32,000 nucleotides of DNA, from NCBI RefSeq assembly GCF_036323395.1, contig NZ_AP028907.1:630001-662000 (forward strand), written 5' to 3'. The DNA comes from Pyrodictium abyssi. Lineage in GTDB: Archaea > Thermoproteota > Thermoprotei_A > Sulfolobales > Pyrodictiaceae. Below are positions 17,017 through 26,014 of the stretch, piece after piece. The translations under genes and the position numbers were made by a program. The notes under the pieces were generated by a model, which was not told the origin of the DNA, made no database searches, and worked only from the letters and a program-made list of their open reading frames with translations. The number at the start of each line of letters is the position of its first letter. The first letter of the stretch is position 1.

Positions 17017-20000
17017 TCAGCCAGCCCCGGCGCGGGGGCCCGCGTAGTCGTCGCCGGCGGCCGGGGGGGCGGCTGTGGTGGCTGTGGCGTTCGCGGGGGT
17101 CACGTTGCCCGGTGCCGTGACGTTGGCTGGGGCTAGCTGGGCGCCCGGCCCCGCGGCTAGTACGCCGCTAGCACGGGCCAGTGTGAAGGACTCTCGGGCG
17201 CCGTCGGGCACGGCGCGCAGTACTGCCTCGTAGCTGGCCGTCGCGTTGCCCCTCAGCTGTATCTTCACCCTCATGGAGGCTATGTCGCCGGGCCGTAGCG
17301 CGTCAACCCTCATGACCGCCATGCTGGTGGTGTAGCTGCCCGGCTCGGCGTCGAGCACCTCTACCCCGCTGGGGAACTTTACGCTGACAACCACGTTCCT
17401 GAGGTCTATCGAGTCCAGGTTCGCGGCGCTGACCTCTACTATGGCGCGGTCCCGGTACCTCTCCACCTCCTTGACCTCGAGGGCCACGTGGGGCACCTTC
17501 ACCCTCACCGGGACCGTGGCCAGCGTGTTGCCGTCGAGCCTGAGCACTATGTAGACCGTTGTCTCGCTCCCCAGCGGCGCGCCGGGGGAGACGTGTAGCG
17601 TAGCCCACCTGGTGGTGAACTCTCCGGGCTCAAGGTCCGCCCGCGTCGCCGGCAGGAAGAGCCTGGCTATCGAGTCGTTGCCGTTGACCGGGACTATCTC
17701 CGCGCCCTCTATCCTCATACCAGAGGCCACGTCTATCCTCACGTCCACCTCGCTCCCGGGCGGCGCCGCGACGTAGCCCGGCGTCACAGTGACCTCCACT
17801 GTGCGGCGGAGGAGCTCTAGCACTGGTATCCTGGCTACACGGTACTCCTTGATCAGGTACTGGCCGGTCTCGTCGTAGACCAGGAGCCTTGCGTCAAGCG
17901 TGTCCAGGGGCTCCAGCTTGACGGTGTCGAGGTTTACGCTTATGTCGAGCGTGCGGTGGCTCCGAGCCGGGAGCGCCACCGTCTCGGCGTAGTCGTATAT
18001 CGTGCACGCCTTCACGTCGACGCAGTCGCCCTGCCCCTTGACGAGCACAAGCCGCGCTAGGAACACGGCGTCGCGGTCCTCTGGGTTGTAGAAGGACAAG
18101 CTTATGGTAAGCCCTCTCCTCGCTATGTCTACCTCCACGTCCTCTAGCCGGGGCTCCACCATGACGGAGCGTAGCTCCACGCCACTGGTGCTTGTTGCTA
18201 TAACTTTGCCGTTCGGGTCGAGCACGTGTATGCTCATAGTGTAGACGCCGGGGTAGGCGGTCGGCGGCACCGGTATGTTGACCACGAAGCTAGCGCTGCC
18301 GCCCAGGGGCACCAGCTCCTCCCCGGACTCGGCCTCGCCCAGACCCTCTATCGAGACCCTGACCCTGAGCCGGGCGTCAGTGTTACCCGTGTTAGCCACC
18401 TTAACCTCTACGCGGAAGCTCTTACCCACCACCGGGAGGTCTAGCACACGCACCTCCTCCACGGTGGCAGAGACCACTGGCTCCACTGTCAGCAGGTTGT
18501 GGAGGCTCCAGGAGGCGTAGGGCATCCCCGCTATGTAGAGGACTGCGCGGGCGTCGTAGCTCCCTGCCGCGGCGTCGCCCGGGACCTGTATGGGGACCTG
18601 GACCAGGTTAATGCCGGGGAAGAGTGGCTCCTCAACGCTGTAGCTCCGGCCGAGCAGCTGTACCTCCAGCCGGCTCTGGACTGAGCCCTCGCCGTCCAGC
18701 CGGAGCTTCACCGAGACCAGGGCCTGGCCGCCGGGCTTCACGCTCCCCGGCGACGCGCTGTAGTCCTCCAGGGATATGCTGTACGAGACTACCTCTAGCG
18801 CGGCCTCGGCGCGGGAGGCCTCGTAGAGGTCGTCGCCCCTGAACTCCACGGCGAGGCTGTGCCTGCCCACGCCGAGCCACGAGGTGTCGAACTCAACCAC
18901 TGCCACGCCGTCTCGGCCGGTGCGGGCGCTGCCCACGAGCTTCCCGTCTACGTAGAAGCTCAGGGTGCGGCCCACGAGCGGGCCCCCGGAGACCCCGTCA
19001 ACCAGCCTGGCCTCGACGTGGGCGAGGCTGCCGCGCGACACCACGAAGCTCTGAGCCTCTATCTTGCTCGGCCTCTTCAGCACCTCGACTGTCTTGCTCT
19101 TGACGCCGGTTAGCCCCGTGTCGTCCACGACTGTGAGCGTGACGTTGTAGACACCGGGCTTCTCGAACACGTGGGTAACTATCGCGCCCTCGGCCACCGT
19201 GCCGTCGCCGAACTCCCAGCGGTACCCAGTGATGTTGCCGTCGGGGTCGTAGGAGAGGAGCCCGTAGAACGTGACGTTGACGCCCCAGTAGGGCTGCCGC
19301 GGCGAGAACCAGAACCCAGCGACCGGGGGCCTGCCCTCGACGCACCAGACCGGGCGCGAATCCAGCCAAGGCTCGTAGTACTGCCTGGGGTTAGGCCGCC
19401 CCTCAAGCCACGGCATCACTATAGGGCTGCCCTTGCCCTCCGGGTTGCCCGTAGCCCGGGGGCCCGAGGGGTCACCCCACCAGTTGTGCCCCGCGTAGAC
19501 GTAGCCCTCCTCAACCTTCAGCCCGTACTCGGCGCCCTCCAGGCAGCTGTAGCTCACCACCGCGGTAGAGTCCACAACACTCTTCACGTAGACCGCCTGG
19601 GGGCCCGAGACCCGGGAGTAGAGCACCTCTAGCCTCGCCCTGCCACCCACGCCGCCCTTCTCGCCGTCAATAATCAGGCTCTCCAGCTGGCACCTATAGA
19701 TCCTCATCACGGTGGACTGGCCGTAGAGGCCCCAGTCCTCGCGCACCCAGTTATCCGCAATGCTCTCGCCCCGGACCAGAACCCTCCCCATAACGGTGTT
19801 GCTCGCAACAAGACTCGACTGGTCCAGGCCGCGGCCCGAGGAGGTGCCGTTGTAGAGCCCATAGCCGTGGATAGTGAGGCCCTCCAGCGTGGAGTCTGTG
19901 ATGCTCATCCACGAGGATAGCAGCCCCTCAGGCCCCTCTACCACTACGCTGCCCAGCCTCACACGCTCCAGCACCAGGCTACTACGGAACAGCGCTGCGC

Positions 20001-20799
20001 CCTCCCCCGCGTAGCTCCGGTCTACCACCACGGAGAGCCCGGAGAACACGGAGTCGCTGATGCTTATCCGGGACTCGTAGACACCATACATGACCGCCGG
20101 CACTAGCTTGTAGCTCGTGACGGTGACAGTCGTGTTGCCGGTAGTGATGTTGTAGCGGATGGGCACCTTCACCTGCAGCCCGGTGGCGTAGGAGTGCACC
20201 ACGAACTCCCCCGTGGCGTTGACGCGGCTCAAAGTTATCTCGGACTGGTACACCGCGCTAGTCTCGTTGCCCAGGCCCAGCGACTCCACCCTAAAGTCGC
20301 CCACAATGGTCACGTTGTCCAGCGCCACCGTGGAGTTGTAGACGCTCCGGTAGGCCGCCTTGAAGGACAGCCCGCCACGTATAACAGAGTCCGTAAACGT
20401 CACGTTGGACTCCGTGAGCCCTGTAAACTCCAGGCCATCCTCGACAACAACGTTCTTGAACACCAGGACCGAGCCCGTCACAACAAGCGTGCCGCGCCCC
20501 ACCAGTGTTACCGGGCTCCCCGGCTTACCCTCGGCAAGGATCACGCCACGGTCAACCGTGACCGTGACGCCGGGCGCGAATATCAGGACAACACCGTCCT
20601 CTATCCGGACCTCGGCCTTAATCCGGATATCCCTCGTGATTATGTACGGGCTCCCCTCACGAGTCAACACAGTATTGACTATGATATCGCGGTCGATAGG
20701 CGTAGGGCTCGCCTCAGCCCCCGCCGCGCCCCACACCCAGCCCGCCAGAGACACAAGGTACAGTACAAGGAGTATGGACACCAGTAGCCGCCTATACAA
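17017..20799 (-). CDS. Large secreted surface protein: right-handed beta-helix region, PKD domain, CARDB/Ig-like domains; C-terminal anchor probably frameshifted
   Basis: 1260 aa; N-terminal signal; parallel beta-helix-like S/T/N/V repeats; PKD motif SYDPDGNITGYRWEFGDGTVAEGAIVTHVFEKPGVYNVTLTVVDDTG; CARDB-like VKVANTGNTDARLRVRVSIEGLGEAESGEELVPLGGSASFVVNIPVPP. A TM in the neighbouring frame would extend the CDS to 16848. Confidence 0.85.
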   Translation of the reverse strand: MYRRLLVSILLVLYLVSLAGWVWGAAGAEASPTPIDRDIIVNTVLTREGSPYIITRDIRIKAEVRIEDGVVLIFAPGVTVTVDRGVILAEGKPGSPVTLVGRGTLVVTGSVLVFKNVVVEDGLEFTGLTESNVTFTDSVIRGGLSFKAAYRSVYNSTVALDNVTIVGDFRVESLGLGNETSAVYQSEITLSRVNATGEFVVHSYATGLQVKVPIRYNITTGNTTVTVTSYKLVPAVMYGVYESRISISDSVFSGLSVVVDRSYAGEGAALFRSSLVLERVRLGSVVVEGPEGLLSSWMSITDSTLEGLTIHGYGLYNGTSSGRGLDQSSLVASNTVMGRVLVRGESIADNWVREDWGLYGQSTVMRIYRCQLESLIIDGEKGGVGGRARLEVLYSRVSGPQAVYVKSVVDSTAVVSYSCLEGAEYGLKVEEGYVYAGHNWWGDPSGPRATGNPEGKGSPIVMPWLEGRPNPRQYYEPWLDSRPVWCVEGRPPVAGFWFSPRQPYWGVNVTFYGLLSYDPDGNITGYRWEFGDGTVAEGAIVTHVFEKPGVYNVTLTVVDDTGLTGVKSKTVEVLKRPSKIEAQSFVVSRGSLAHVEARLVDGVSGGPLVGRTLSFYVDGKLVGSARTGRDGVAVVEFDTSWLGVGRHSLAVEFRGDDLYEASRAEAALEVVSYSISLEDYSASPGSVKPGGQALVSVKLRLDGEGSVQSRLEVQLLGRSYSVEEPLFPGINLVQVPIQVPGDAAAGSYDARAVLYIAGMPYASWSLHNLLTVEPVVSATVEEVRVLDLPVVGKSFRVEVKVANTGNTDARLRVRVSIEGLGEAESGEELVPLGGSASFVVNIPVPPTAYPGVYTMSIHVLDPNGKVIATSTSGVELRSVMVEPRLEDVEVDIARRGLTISLSFYNPEDRDAVFLARLVLVKGQGDCVDVKACTIYDYAETVALPARSHRTLDISVNLDTVKLEPLDTLDARLLVYDETGQYLIKEYRVARIPVLELLRRTVEVTVTPGYVAAPPGSEVDVRIDVASGMRIEGAEIVPVNGNDSIARLFLPATRADLEPGEFTTRWATLHVSPGAPLGSETTVYIVLRLDGNTLATVPVRVKVPHVALEVKEVERYRDRAIVEVSAANLDSIDLRNVVVSVKFPSGVEVLDAEPGSYTTSMAVMRVDALRPGDIASMRVKIQLRGNATASYEAVLRAVPDGARESFTLARASGVLAAGPGAQLAPANVTAPGNVTPANATATTAAPPAAGDDYAGPRAGAG

Positions 20800-21065
20800 G
20801 CCCTAAGCCCCAGAGGACACGCCAAGCCAGTATCCCTACTTAAACCCATTAGACCAACCACACAAATACGGGTAAACAGCTCCACAGAATACCCTAATAG
20901 ACTAGAACAGCGCGGAGCCAGACAAGCCACAGAACAACATAGCCCGTAGACCAGCTCAAGAGAAACCAGCACACCCGGGAAGACAACAAGGTGGAAGATA
21001 TGCGGGCCGTAGCTGTCAAAAAAGCTTGACCTGCGCCTTGGAGAGCCCGGCGCTCTTAGCGTGCG

Positions 21066-21758
21066 TTAGCCTACCTGCAGTACCTGGAAGTTGAGTATTA
21101 CTGGTAGGCTGTCGAATAGCATGCCCTCCCTAGCCTCATAGAAGGCCTTGACCGTTAGTACAGCGAATGTAGCGTCATTGCCCATGCCATTGAATACGCC
21201 ACTCTTAGTTATCTGCCAGCTGCCAGTTGCGTTGCCTATTTCTATCTTATCGCTGGGTGAACCTGGTACCCAGAATGTTACGTTTGCTGGTATGCTTGCA
21301 GCTGTCTCGTTCAGCTTAGCAATATTGAACAAGTCTTCAGCGTCAAGTATTATTACGGCTTTAGGCTTCTGTAGGGAGAGGACAGCTTTGATCTCTGAGT
21401 AGTTGCCTATAGCGGACTCGTTTGTGTTGAAGGCGCTTGTTATCTGTAGCTGTAGGTACTTGAAGTATGGCCTTAGCTGTGCGGCATTGGCTATTTTTAC
21501 TAGGAGCTTTACGTCGTTTACGTCGGCGCGTACTGGCACTAGCACAAAGCCCATGTCCTCGCTGCCCTGGGCGCCGGCGGCGGGGGCTATGTTGGTGTTG
21601 AGCTTGCTCACTACGTCTATTGGCTCGCTTACCGCCTCTGCTGTACCGGTGGCGTAGAAGCTGTTGAGCGGGCTCTGGGTGGTGGCGAAGCCTGCTAGCA
21701 GGGCGAGGGCGGCAGCCGAGGCGATGATACCCGCTATAGCTAGGGTTGTGTACCTCAC
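21066..21758 (-). CDS. canA: Cannula-forming protein, CanA-like
   Basis: 230 aa; MRYTTLAIAGIIASAAALALLAGFATTQSPLNSFYATGTAEAVSEPIDVVSKLNTNIAPAAGAQG...FYEAREGMLFDSLPVILNFQVLQVG, recalled as strongly matching Pyrodictium abyssi CanA. GTG start; TATA-like ATATATAAG at about 21813-21821. Confidence 0.93.
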   Translation of the reverse strand: MRYTTLAIAGIIASAAALALLAGFATTQSPLNSFYATGTAEAVSEPIDVVSKLNTNIAPAAGAQGSEDMGFVLVPVRADVNDVKLLVKIANAAQLRPYFKYLQLQITSAFNTNESAIGNYSEIKAVLSLQKPKAVIILDAEDLFNIAKLNETAASIPANVTFWVPGSPSDKIEIGNATGSWQITKSGVFNGMGNDATFAVLTVKAFYEAREGMLFDSLPVILNFQVLQVG

Positions 21759-21809
21759 TTTTTACGCACCCCTACTCTGGCTCTGGTTCGTGTCTACTCC
21801 CGTTTCATG

Positions 21810-21852
21810 CAACTTATATATTGTTTCTCTGCGCTGTCAAGCTGGTATATGT
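21810..21852. promoter_or_regulatory. Divergent promoter region between the canA-like gene (-) and the PP2C gene (+)
   Basis: aacttatatatt (minus-strand TATA for canA) at about 21811-21822 and ggtatatg (plus-strand TATA) at about 21844-21851. The latter is about 27-30 nt before a GTG at 21877, fitting a leaderless start. Confidence 0.45.
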
Positions 21853-21876
21853 GTAACGTGTGTTATTATTGGCTTG

Positions 21877-22749
21877 GTGCGGTGGGTGTTTAGGCTCCGG
21901 GCGGGGGGAGCGCTACGAGGGGCGCTGGCTGTGGCCTGGCGTGCCTGGGTAGCTGTATCCAATGCTGTCCACTTCGAGGATGATGCTGGGCTCTGGGTTG
22001 ATGGGGACCGCGGCGCTGTGGCGGTGGCGGATGGGGTCTCGATGTCCCGGGGCGGGGGCGCCTCGTTCCTGGCCGCGTGGGGGTTCGCTGCGCTCTGCCG
22101 GGCCCTGCTGCCGGACTGGAGGGGGAGCCTGGCGGGGGCCGCGCAGCGGTGCCTAGAGCTGCTGGACCGCGCCGCCCGGGAGGCGCTGGCGCTCGACGCC
22201 GCGGCTGTGGCGGAGGCGAAGCAGCGGTACTACCGCGGCTGCGGCTCTCCCTGCACCCGGCCCCCGGGCCTCGCCGAGCTAGAGGCCCTGAGGCCCCTGG
22301 AGCCCGGGGGGAGGGGCGCCGAGGCGAAGCCGAGCTCGACGCTCCTCGCAGCGCTCCTGGGCCCCGGGGGCCGGGCCGCGCTGGTGCTAGCCGGCGACGG
22401 CGCGGTGGTAGCGACCACGGGGGGCCGGGAGGACACCTGGCTCCTCTGGGGCGCGCTGCCCCAGTTCTACGAGGGGAGCCGGGTCGCCCGCTTCCTGGAG
22501 GTCGGCGGCGGGCTCCGGGGCGAGCCGGTGGTGCTGGAGACCATCCTGCCCCGGGGCACCCTGCTAGCCCTGGCGACGGACGGTGTGGACCCCGCGGCGC
22601 TCGCCGAGGAGCTGGTAGAGCTGGCCAGGCGGGGCATCCCCGAGCCCGCCGCCGAGAACCCGGCCGGCTACCTGCTACGCCGCATAGAGGAGCGCACCGG
22701 GGGCCTAGAGGACGACGCCACCCTCGCGCTGGTGGAGTGGACGGGCTAG
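21877..22749 (+). CDS. PP2C-family Ser/Thr protein phosphatase
   Basis: ORF 21664..22749 with likely GTG start at 21877; SNAVHFEDDAGLW, GAVAVADGVSMSRGG, LLALATDGVD, LEDDATLALVEW match PP2C metal-site motifs. Confidence 0.82.
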   Translation: MRWVFRLRAGGALRGALAVAWRAWVAVSNAVHFEDDAGLWVDGDRGAVAVADGVSMSRGGGASFLAAWGFAALCRALLPDWRGSLAGAAQRCLELLDRAAREALALDAAAVAEAKQRYYRGCGSPCTRPPGLAELEALRPLEPGGRGAEAKPSSTLLAALLGPGGRAALVLAGDGAVVATTGGREDTWLLWGALPQFYEGSRVARFLEVGGGLRGEPVVLETILPRGTLLALATDGVDPAALAEELVELARRGIPEPAAENPAGYLLRRIEERTGGLEDDATLALVEWTG

Positions 22750-22810
22750 CCCCCCGGGGCCCAGCCCTAATTAGGCGCATACGGCCCGGTATAGCCTGGG
22801 GGCGGAGCTC

Positions 22811-23605
22811 GTGGCTGGCGCGGTGGACCGGAGGGCTCTCGGGGAGGCGCTGCTGGAGCTGCTTGAGGAGGACCGGGAGTTCCGCCACGCTGTGATGGGG
22901 CTGCTGGGCTACCGCGAGGTACTGGAGAGGATAACCAGGCTTGAGGAGCGGTTCGCGAGACTAGAGGAGAGGTTCGCCAAGCTGGAGGAGGAGTTCCTGG
23001 AGCTGCGGAGGGCCCAGCAACGCCTCGAAGAGAGGCAGCAGCGCCTAGAGGAGAGGTTCCAGAAGCTAGAAGAAAGATTCGCAGAGCTAGAGGAGCACTT
23101 TGCCCGGCTGGAGGAGCGCTTCGCCAAGCTGGAGGAGGAGTTCCAGAAGCTAGAGGAGAGGCAGCAGCGCCTAGAGGAGAGGATGGCTAGGCTAGAGGAG
23201 GAGATGAGGGAGACGCGGAGGGTGCTGAACACGATCGCGCACAGGTTCGGGCTGCTCACGGAGACGGGGTTCCGCGAGGCCATGCGGTACGTGGTCGAGG
23301 AGGCTCTCGGCGCCGCCCGGGTCGAGAGGCTCTCCCTCCGGGACGAGGAGGGCCTAGTCTACGGCTACCCCGCCACCGTGGACATAGACCTGGTGGTGAG
23401 GGACGGGGAGCACATAATCGTCGAGGTCAAGTCCAGGGTGGACCCGGGGGACGTGGCGGTCCTCGCCCGCAAGGCCAGGCTCTACGAGAGGGAGACCGGC
23501 ACCAGGCCCCGGGCAGTGATACTGGGCGGCTACGTGGCCCCCTCGGCCTACGAGGCCGCAGCCCGGCTGGGCGTCACGGTCAGGCCCTACCTCAGGGAGG
23601 ACTAA
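22811..23605 (+). CDS. Coiled-coil protein with C-terminal PD-(D/E)XK nuclease-like domain
   Basis: 264 aa; long LEERFAKLEEEF repeats, then YPATVDIDLVVRDGEHIIVEVKSRVDPGDVAVLARKARLYERETG (D...EVK core), resembling the archaeal DUF3782-like family. Confidence 0.82.
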   Translation: MAGAVDRRALGEALLELLEEDREFRHAVMGLLGYREVLERITRLEERFARLEERFAKLEEEFLELRRAQQRLEERQQRLEERFQKLEERFAELEEHFARLEERFAKLEEEFQKLEERQQRLEERMARLEEEMRETRRVLNTIAHRFGLLTETGFREAMRYVVEEALGAARVERLSLRDEEGLVYGYPATVDIDLVVRDGEHIIVEVKSRVDPGDVAVLARKARLYERETGTRPRAVILGGYVAPSAYEAAARLGVTVRPYLRED

Positions 23606-23662
23606 GCCCCCAGCGCCAGGATGCTATAGCTACGCTTATCCCTCTCCCCATCTCCTCTAGCG

Positions 23663-24334
23663 TTGTGGTGGAGAGGGGCCCCTACTGTGTCCCTGATAAG
23701 CCGGCTGCTGGAGGAGATGGACCGGGAGCCCGGGGAGGCCCGGAGGCTCGCAAGGAGGCTAGCCTCCGACATAGCCTCGGAGGAGACGCTGCGCTCACTA
23801 CTCCTAGAGGCCGTGGTCCGGGAGACGGCTACCAGGGAGGACCTGGAGCGGCTCGGAGACAGGCTAGAGGGGAGGATAGAAGCCCTACACGGGGAGATGA
23901 AGACACTAGCCGCCAGGGACGAGCTGAGGGCGGAGGTACAGAGGCTGGAGGAGAGGATAGCAGGGGTAGAACAGAAGATAGAAGCCCTACGCGGAGAACT
24001 GGCGGAGACCAGGGAGAGGATGGCGACCAAGGAGGAGCTGGAGAAGCTGCGCGGGGAGATGAAGACGCTGGCATCGGAGGAGAGAGTGGCAAGGATAGAG
24101 GAGAGGATAGCAGGGGTAGAGCAGAGGATGGCGACACGGGAGGAGCTGTACGCCGTGAGGGAGGAGCTACGCGGGGAGATCCACCGTACACGGGAGGAGC
24201 TACGGGCAGAGATAAGCCGGCTCCACAGCCGCCTCGACACCCTAGTCAAGTGGACCATAGGCCTACTCGTAACAGTCTGGGCAGCAACACTAGCCGCAAT
24301 GCTCACAGCACTAAGGCTACTAGCAGGAGGCTAG
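23663..24334 (+). CDS. Coiled-coil protein with C-terminal transmembrane helix
   Basis: 223 aa; RMATKEELEKLRGEMKTLAS / RMATREELYAVREELRGEI repeats; tail WTIGLLVTVWAATLAAMLTALRLLAGG. Confidence 0.75.
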   Translation: MWWRGAPTVSLISRLLEEMDREPGEARRLARRLASDIASEETLRSLLLEAVVRETATREDLERLGDRLEGRIEALHGEMKTLAARDELRAEVQRLEERIAGVEQKIEALRGELAETRERMATKEELEKLRGEMKTLASEERVARIEERIAGVEQRMATREELYAVREELRGEIHRTREELRAEISRLHSRLDTLVKWTIGLLVTVWAATLAAMLTALRLLAGG

Positions 24335-24499
24335 CCCCAGGAACACCCCCGTGCTTCTCTAAGGCGCTGACTCCGACGCCCCCAGCCCGAGCAGAACAAG
24401 GCCGTAGAAGAACCAAGAGGGGCCCAGAACCCCCCAGGAGGGGGAGGGGAAGGAAAAAGGCGGTGTCTCTCGGGGGCCTCGGGCTGCCGCCCCCGCCGG

Positions 24500-25669
24500 C
24501 TAGCTGGTCTCCAGCACCTCTGCGTTGATGACTAGTGGTAGGCTGTCGAAGAGCACGCCCTCCAAGCCCTCGTAGAACACGGTGACACCGTAGACAGCGG
24601 CGCGGCCGCCGTCAACCTTCCAGCTGTCCTCGTCAACCACCAGAGTATCCTCGGGCTGCCACCAGCCACTAGCCCGGTCAAAGCCTAAGGTGGCGCGAAT
24701 ATTGCCAAGCACAAGCACCGGATAGAGGCTACTCATGTACTCCTGAGCCTCAACTCTATCATAGACACCGTTTGTGTCGGTATCATACCATGTCACATTC
24801 CACATCATGGTGAAGAGCACATTGCCTTCTTTATCAATGAACTCCAGTATCAATGTATAGTTGGTAGCTGCTATATCAGGCCATGTCCCTCCATCACTAA
24901 CCTCGGCTATATATAAGCTTTCGTTCTCATAACTATCCCAGAAGAAGACACTAGGGTTATTATCGTAGAATATCCTTATGCTATAGTTTCCGTTGGGGTG
25001 TACAGGCTTCACTGAGAACCATAAACCCCGCTCAACAATATCATCAAGGCTTAAGTCTTCTACTAGTACTCGCCGACCGGGATTAGTTTCTGTGTTATTT
25101 ATTAACGTCAGGTTAACATGGGCAACTTCTCCTAACAGCCTCCATGCAAATGCCGTAACGTTGACTCCTTCAGAAGCGTAGTTTGCTGAAACGTCGTAGA
25201 TTTTCCCCGCCAATGTTGCGCTGTCTAGCGCATATCTGCCAAGGTTGTCAGGAGCACTTTCACTATCATTATCACTAGTCTCGATTCTCGGCGGGAGTTC
25301 CTCAAAGGGCGTTGGCCCTTTCCACTCCTCGTGTGCTTCCCGTATCTGTATGATGAGGTATCTGTAGTACTGTGCTAGCTGCTTGATGTTCTCTAGCTCT
25401 AGGCGTATCTTTGTGGTGTTTACGTCGTTGTACCGTATGAGCTTGAGCCAGCTTGTCTCCTCTAGCTTGCCCTGTGCCCCCGCAGCAGGGCTTATGACGA
25501 GGTCCTTGAGCACCTGTAGGTCCACCGGCTCGCTAGTCGCCGCGCCGCCGCCGAGCCCGAGGAAGCCTGCTAGAGGGCTCCCCGTGGTGGCGAAGCCGGT
25601 TAGGAGGGCGAGGGCGGCAGCCGAGGCCACAACAGCCAGGAGAGCGAGAGTCTCGCGGCGGAGGCTCAC
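24500..25669 (-). CDS. Enlarged cannula-family secreted protein
   Basis: 389 aa; ASAAALALLTGFATTGSPLAGFLG...SEPVDLQVLKDLVISPAAGAQG...RLELENIKQLAQYYRYLIIQI...GWWQPEDTLVVDEDSWKVDGGRAAVYGVTVFYEGLEGVLFDSLPLVINAEVLETS. TATA-like CTATTAATAC at about 25749-25758. Confidence 0.85.
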   Translation of the reverse strand: MSLRRETLALLAVVASAAALALLTGFATTGSPLAGFLGLGGGAATSEPVDLQVLKDLVISPAAGAQGKLEETSWLKLIRYNDVNTTKIRLELENIKQLAQYYRYLIIQIREAHEEWKGPTPFEELPPRIETSDNDSESAPDNLGRYALDSATLAGKIYDVSANYASEGVNVTAFAWRLLGEVAHVNLTLINNTETNPGRRVLVEDLSLDDIVERGLWFSVKPVHPNGNYSIRIFYDNNPSVFFWDSYENESLYIAEVSDGGTWPDIAATNYTLILEFIDKEGNVLFTMMWNVTWYDTDTNGVYDRVEAQEYMSSLYPVLVLGNIRATLGFDRASGWWQPEDTLVVDEDSWKVDGGRAAVYGVTVFYEGLEGVLFDSLPLVINAEVLETS

Positions 25670-26014
25670 CTCTGGTGCACCCCGTCTTCTGGGGCTGTGT
25701 TGCCGAGTTCCTTGAGGCTACTGCTGTGTGGGATTATGTGGCGGGGCTGTATTAATAGTGTATTGTTCGTGGGCGGGGGTGTATGGCCCTGGCCCGGGTT
25801 GTACCCGGTTTGGGCCGCTGGGGTTGATACCCTCGCTCGTGTCCTAGTGTCTCTCCGGGGGCCCGGGGGCTTGGCTGGTGAGCTAGAGGTTGCTGGGGCA
25901 GAGGAGGCCAGGGAGCTGCGCCGGAGGATGGCCGACTGGAGGTTCATAGAGGAGCAGCCCCGCGGATATGGGAGGCGCTCAAATACTACGTGGAGCCCGG
26001 GTCCCCGTCGTGGT

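Noticed and set aside
20194-20787. 197-aa and 148-aa plus-strand ORFs opposite the giant surface protein
   Set aside because: Antisense to a coherent beta-helix coding region; low-plausibility composition.
21890-22888. 332-aa minus-strand ORF, and overlapping plus-strand 22077..22895
   Set aside because: Arg/Pro/Ala-rich out-of-frame translations of the PP2C gene, which has clear motifs in its own frame.
23602-24306. 234-aa Ser-rich minus-strand ORF (and 22909..23283, 26055..26372 similar)
   Set aside because: Complement of GAG/CTG/CGG-rich coiled-coil coding repeats, which automatically gives long SSSxxA ORFs.
22811-24334. Tandem DNA repeats as a non-coding repeat element
   Set aside because: The repetitiveness follows from heptad coiled-coil coding (LEERF/LEEEF, MATREEL) and varies in unit length, so it is better explained as protein repeats.
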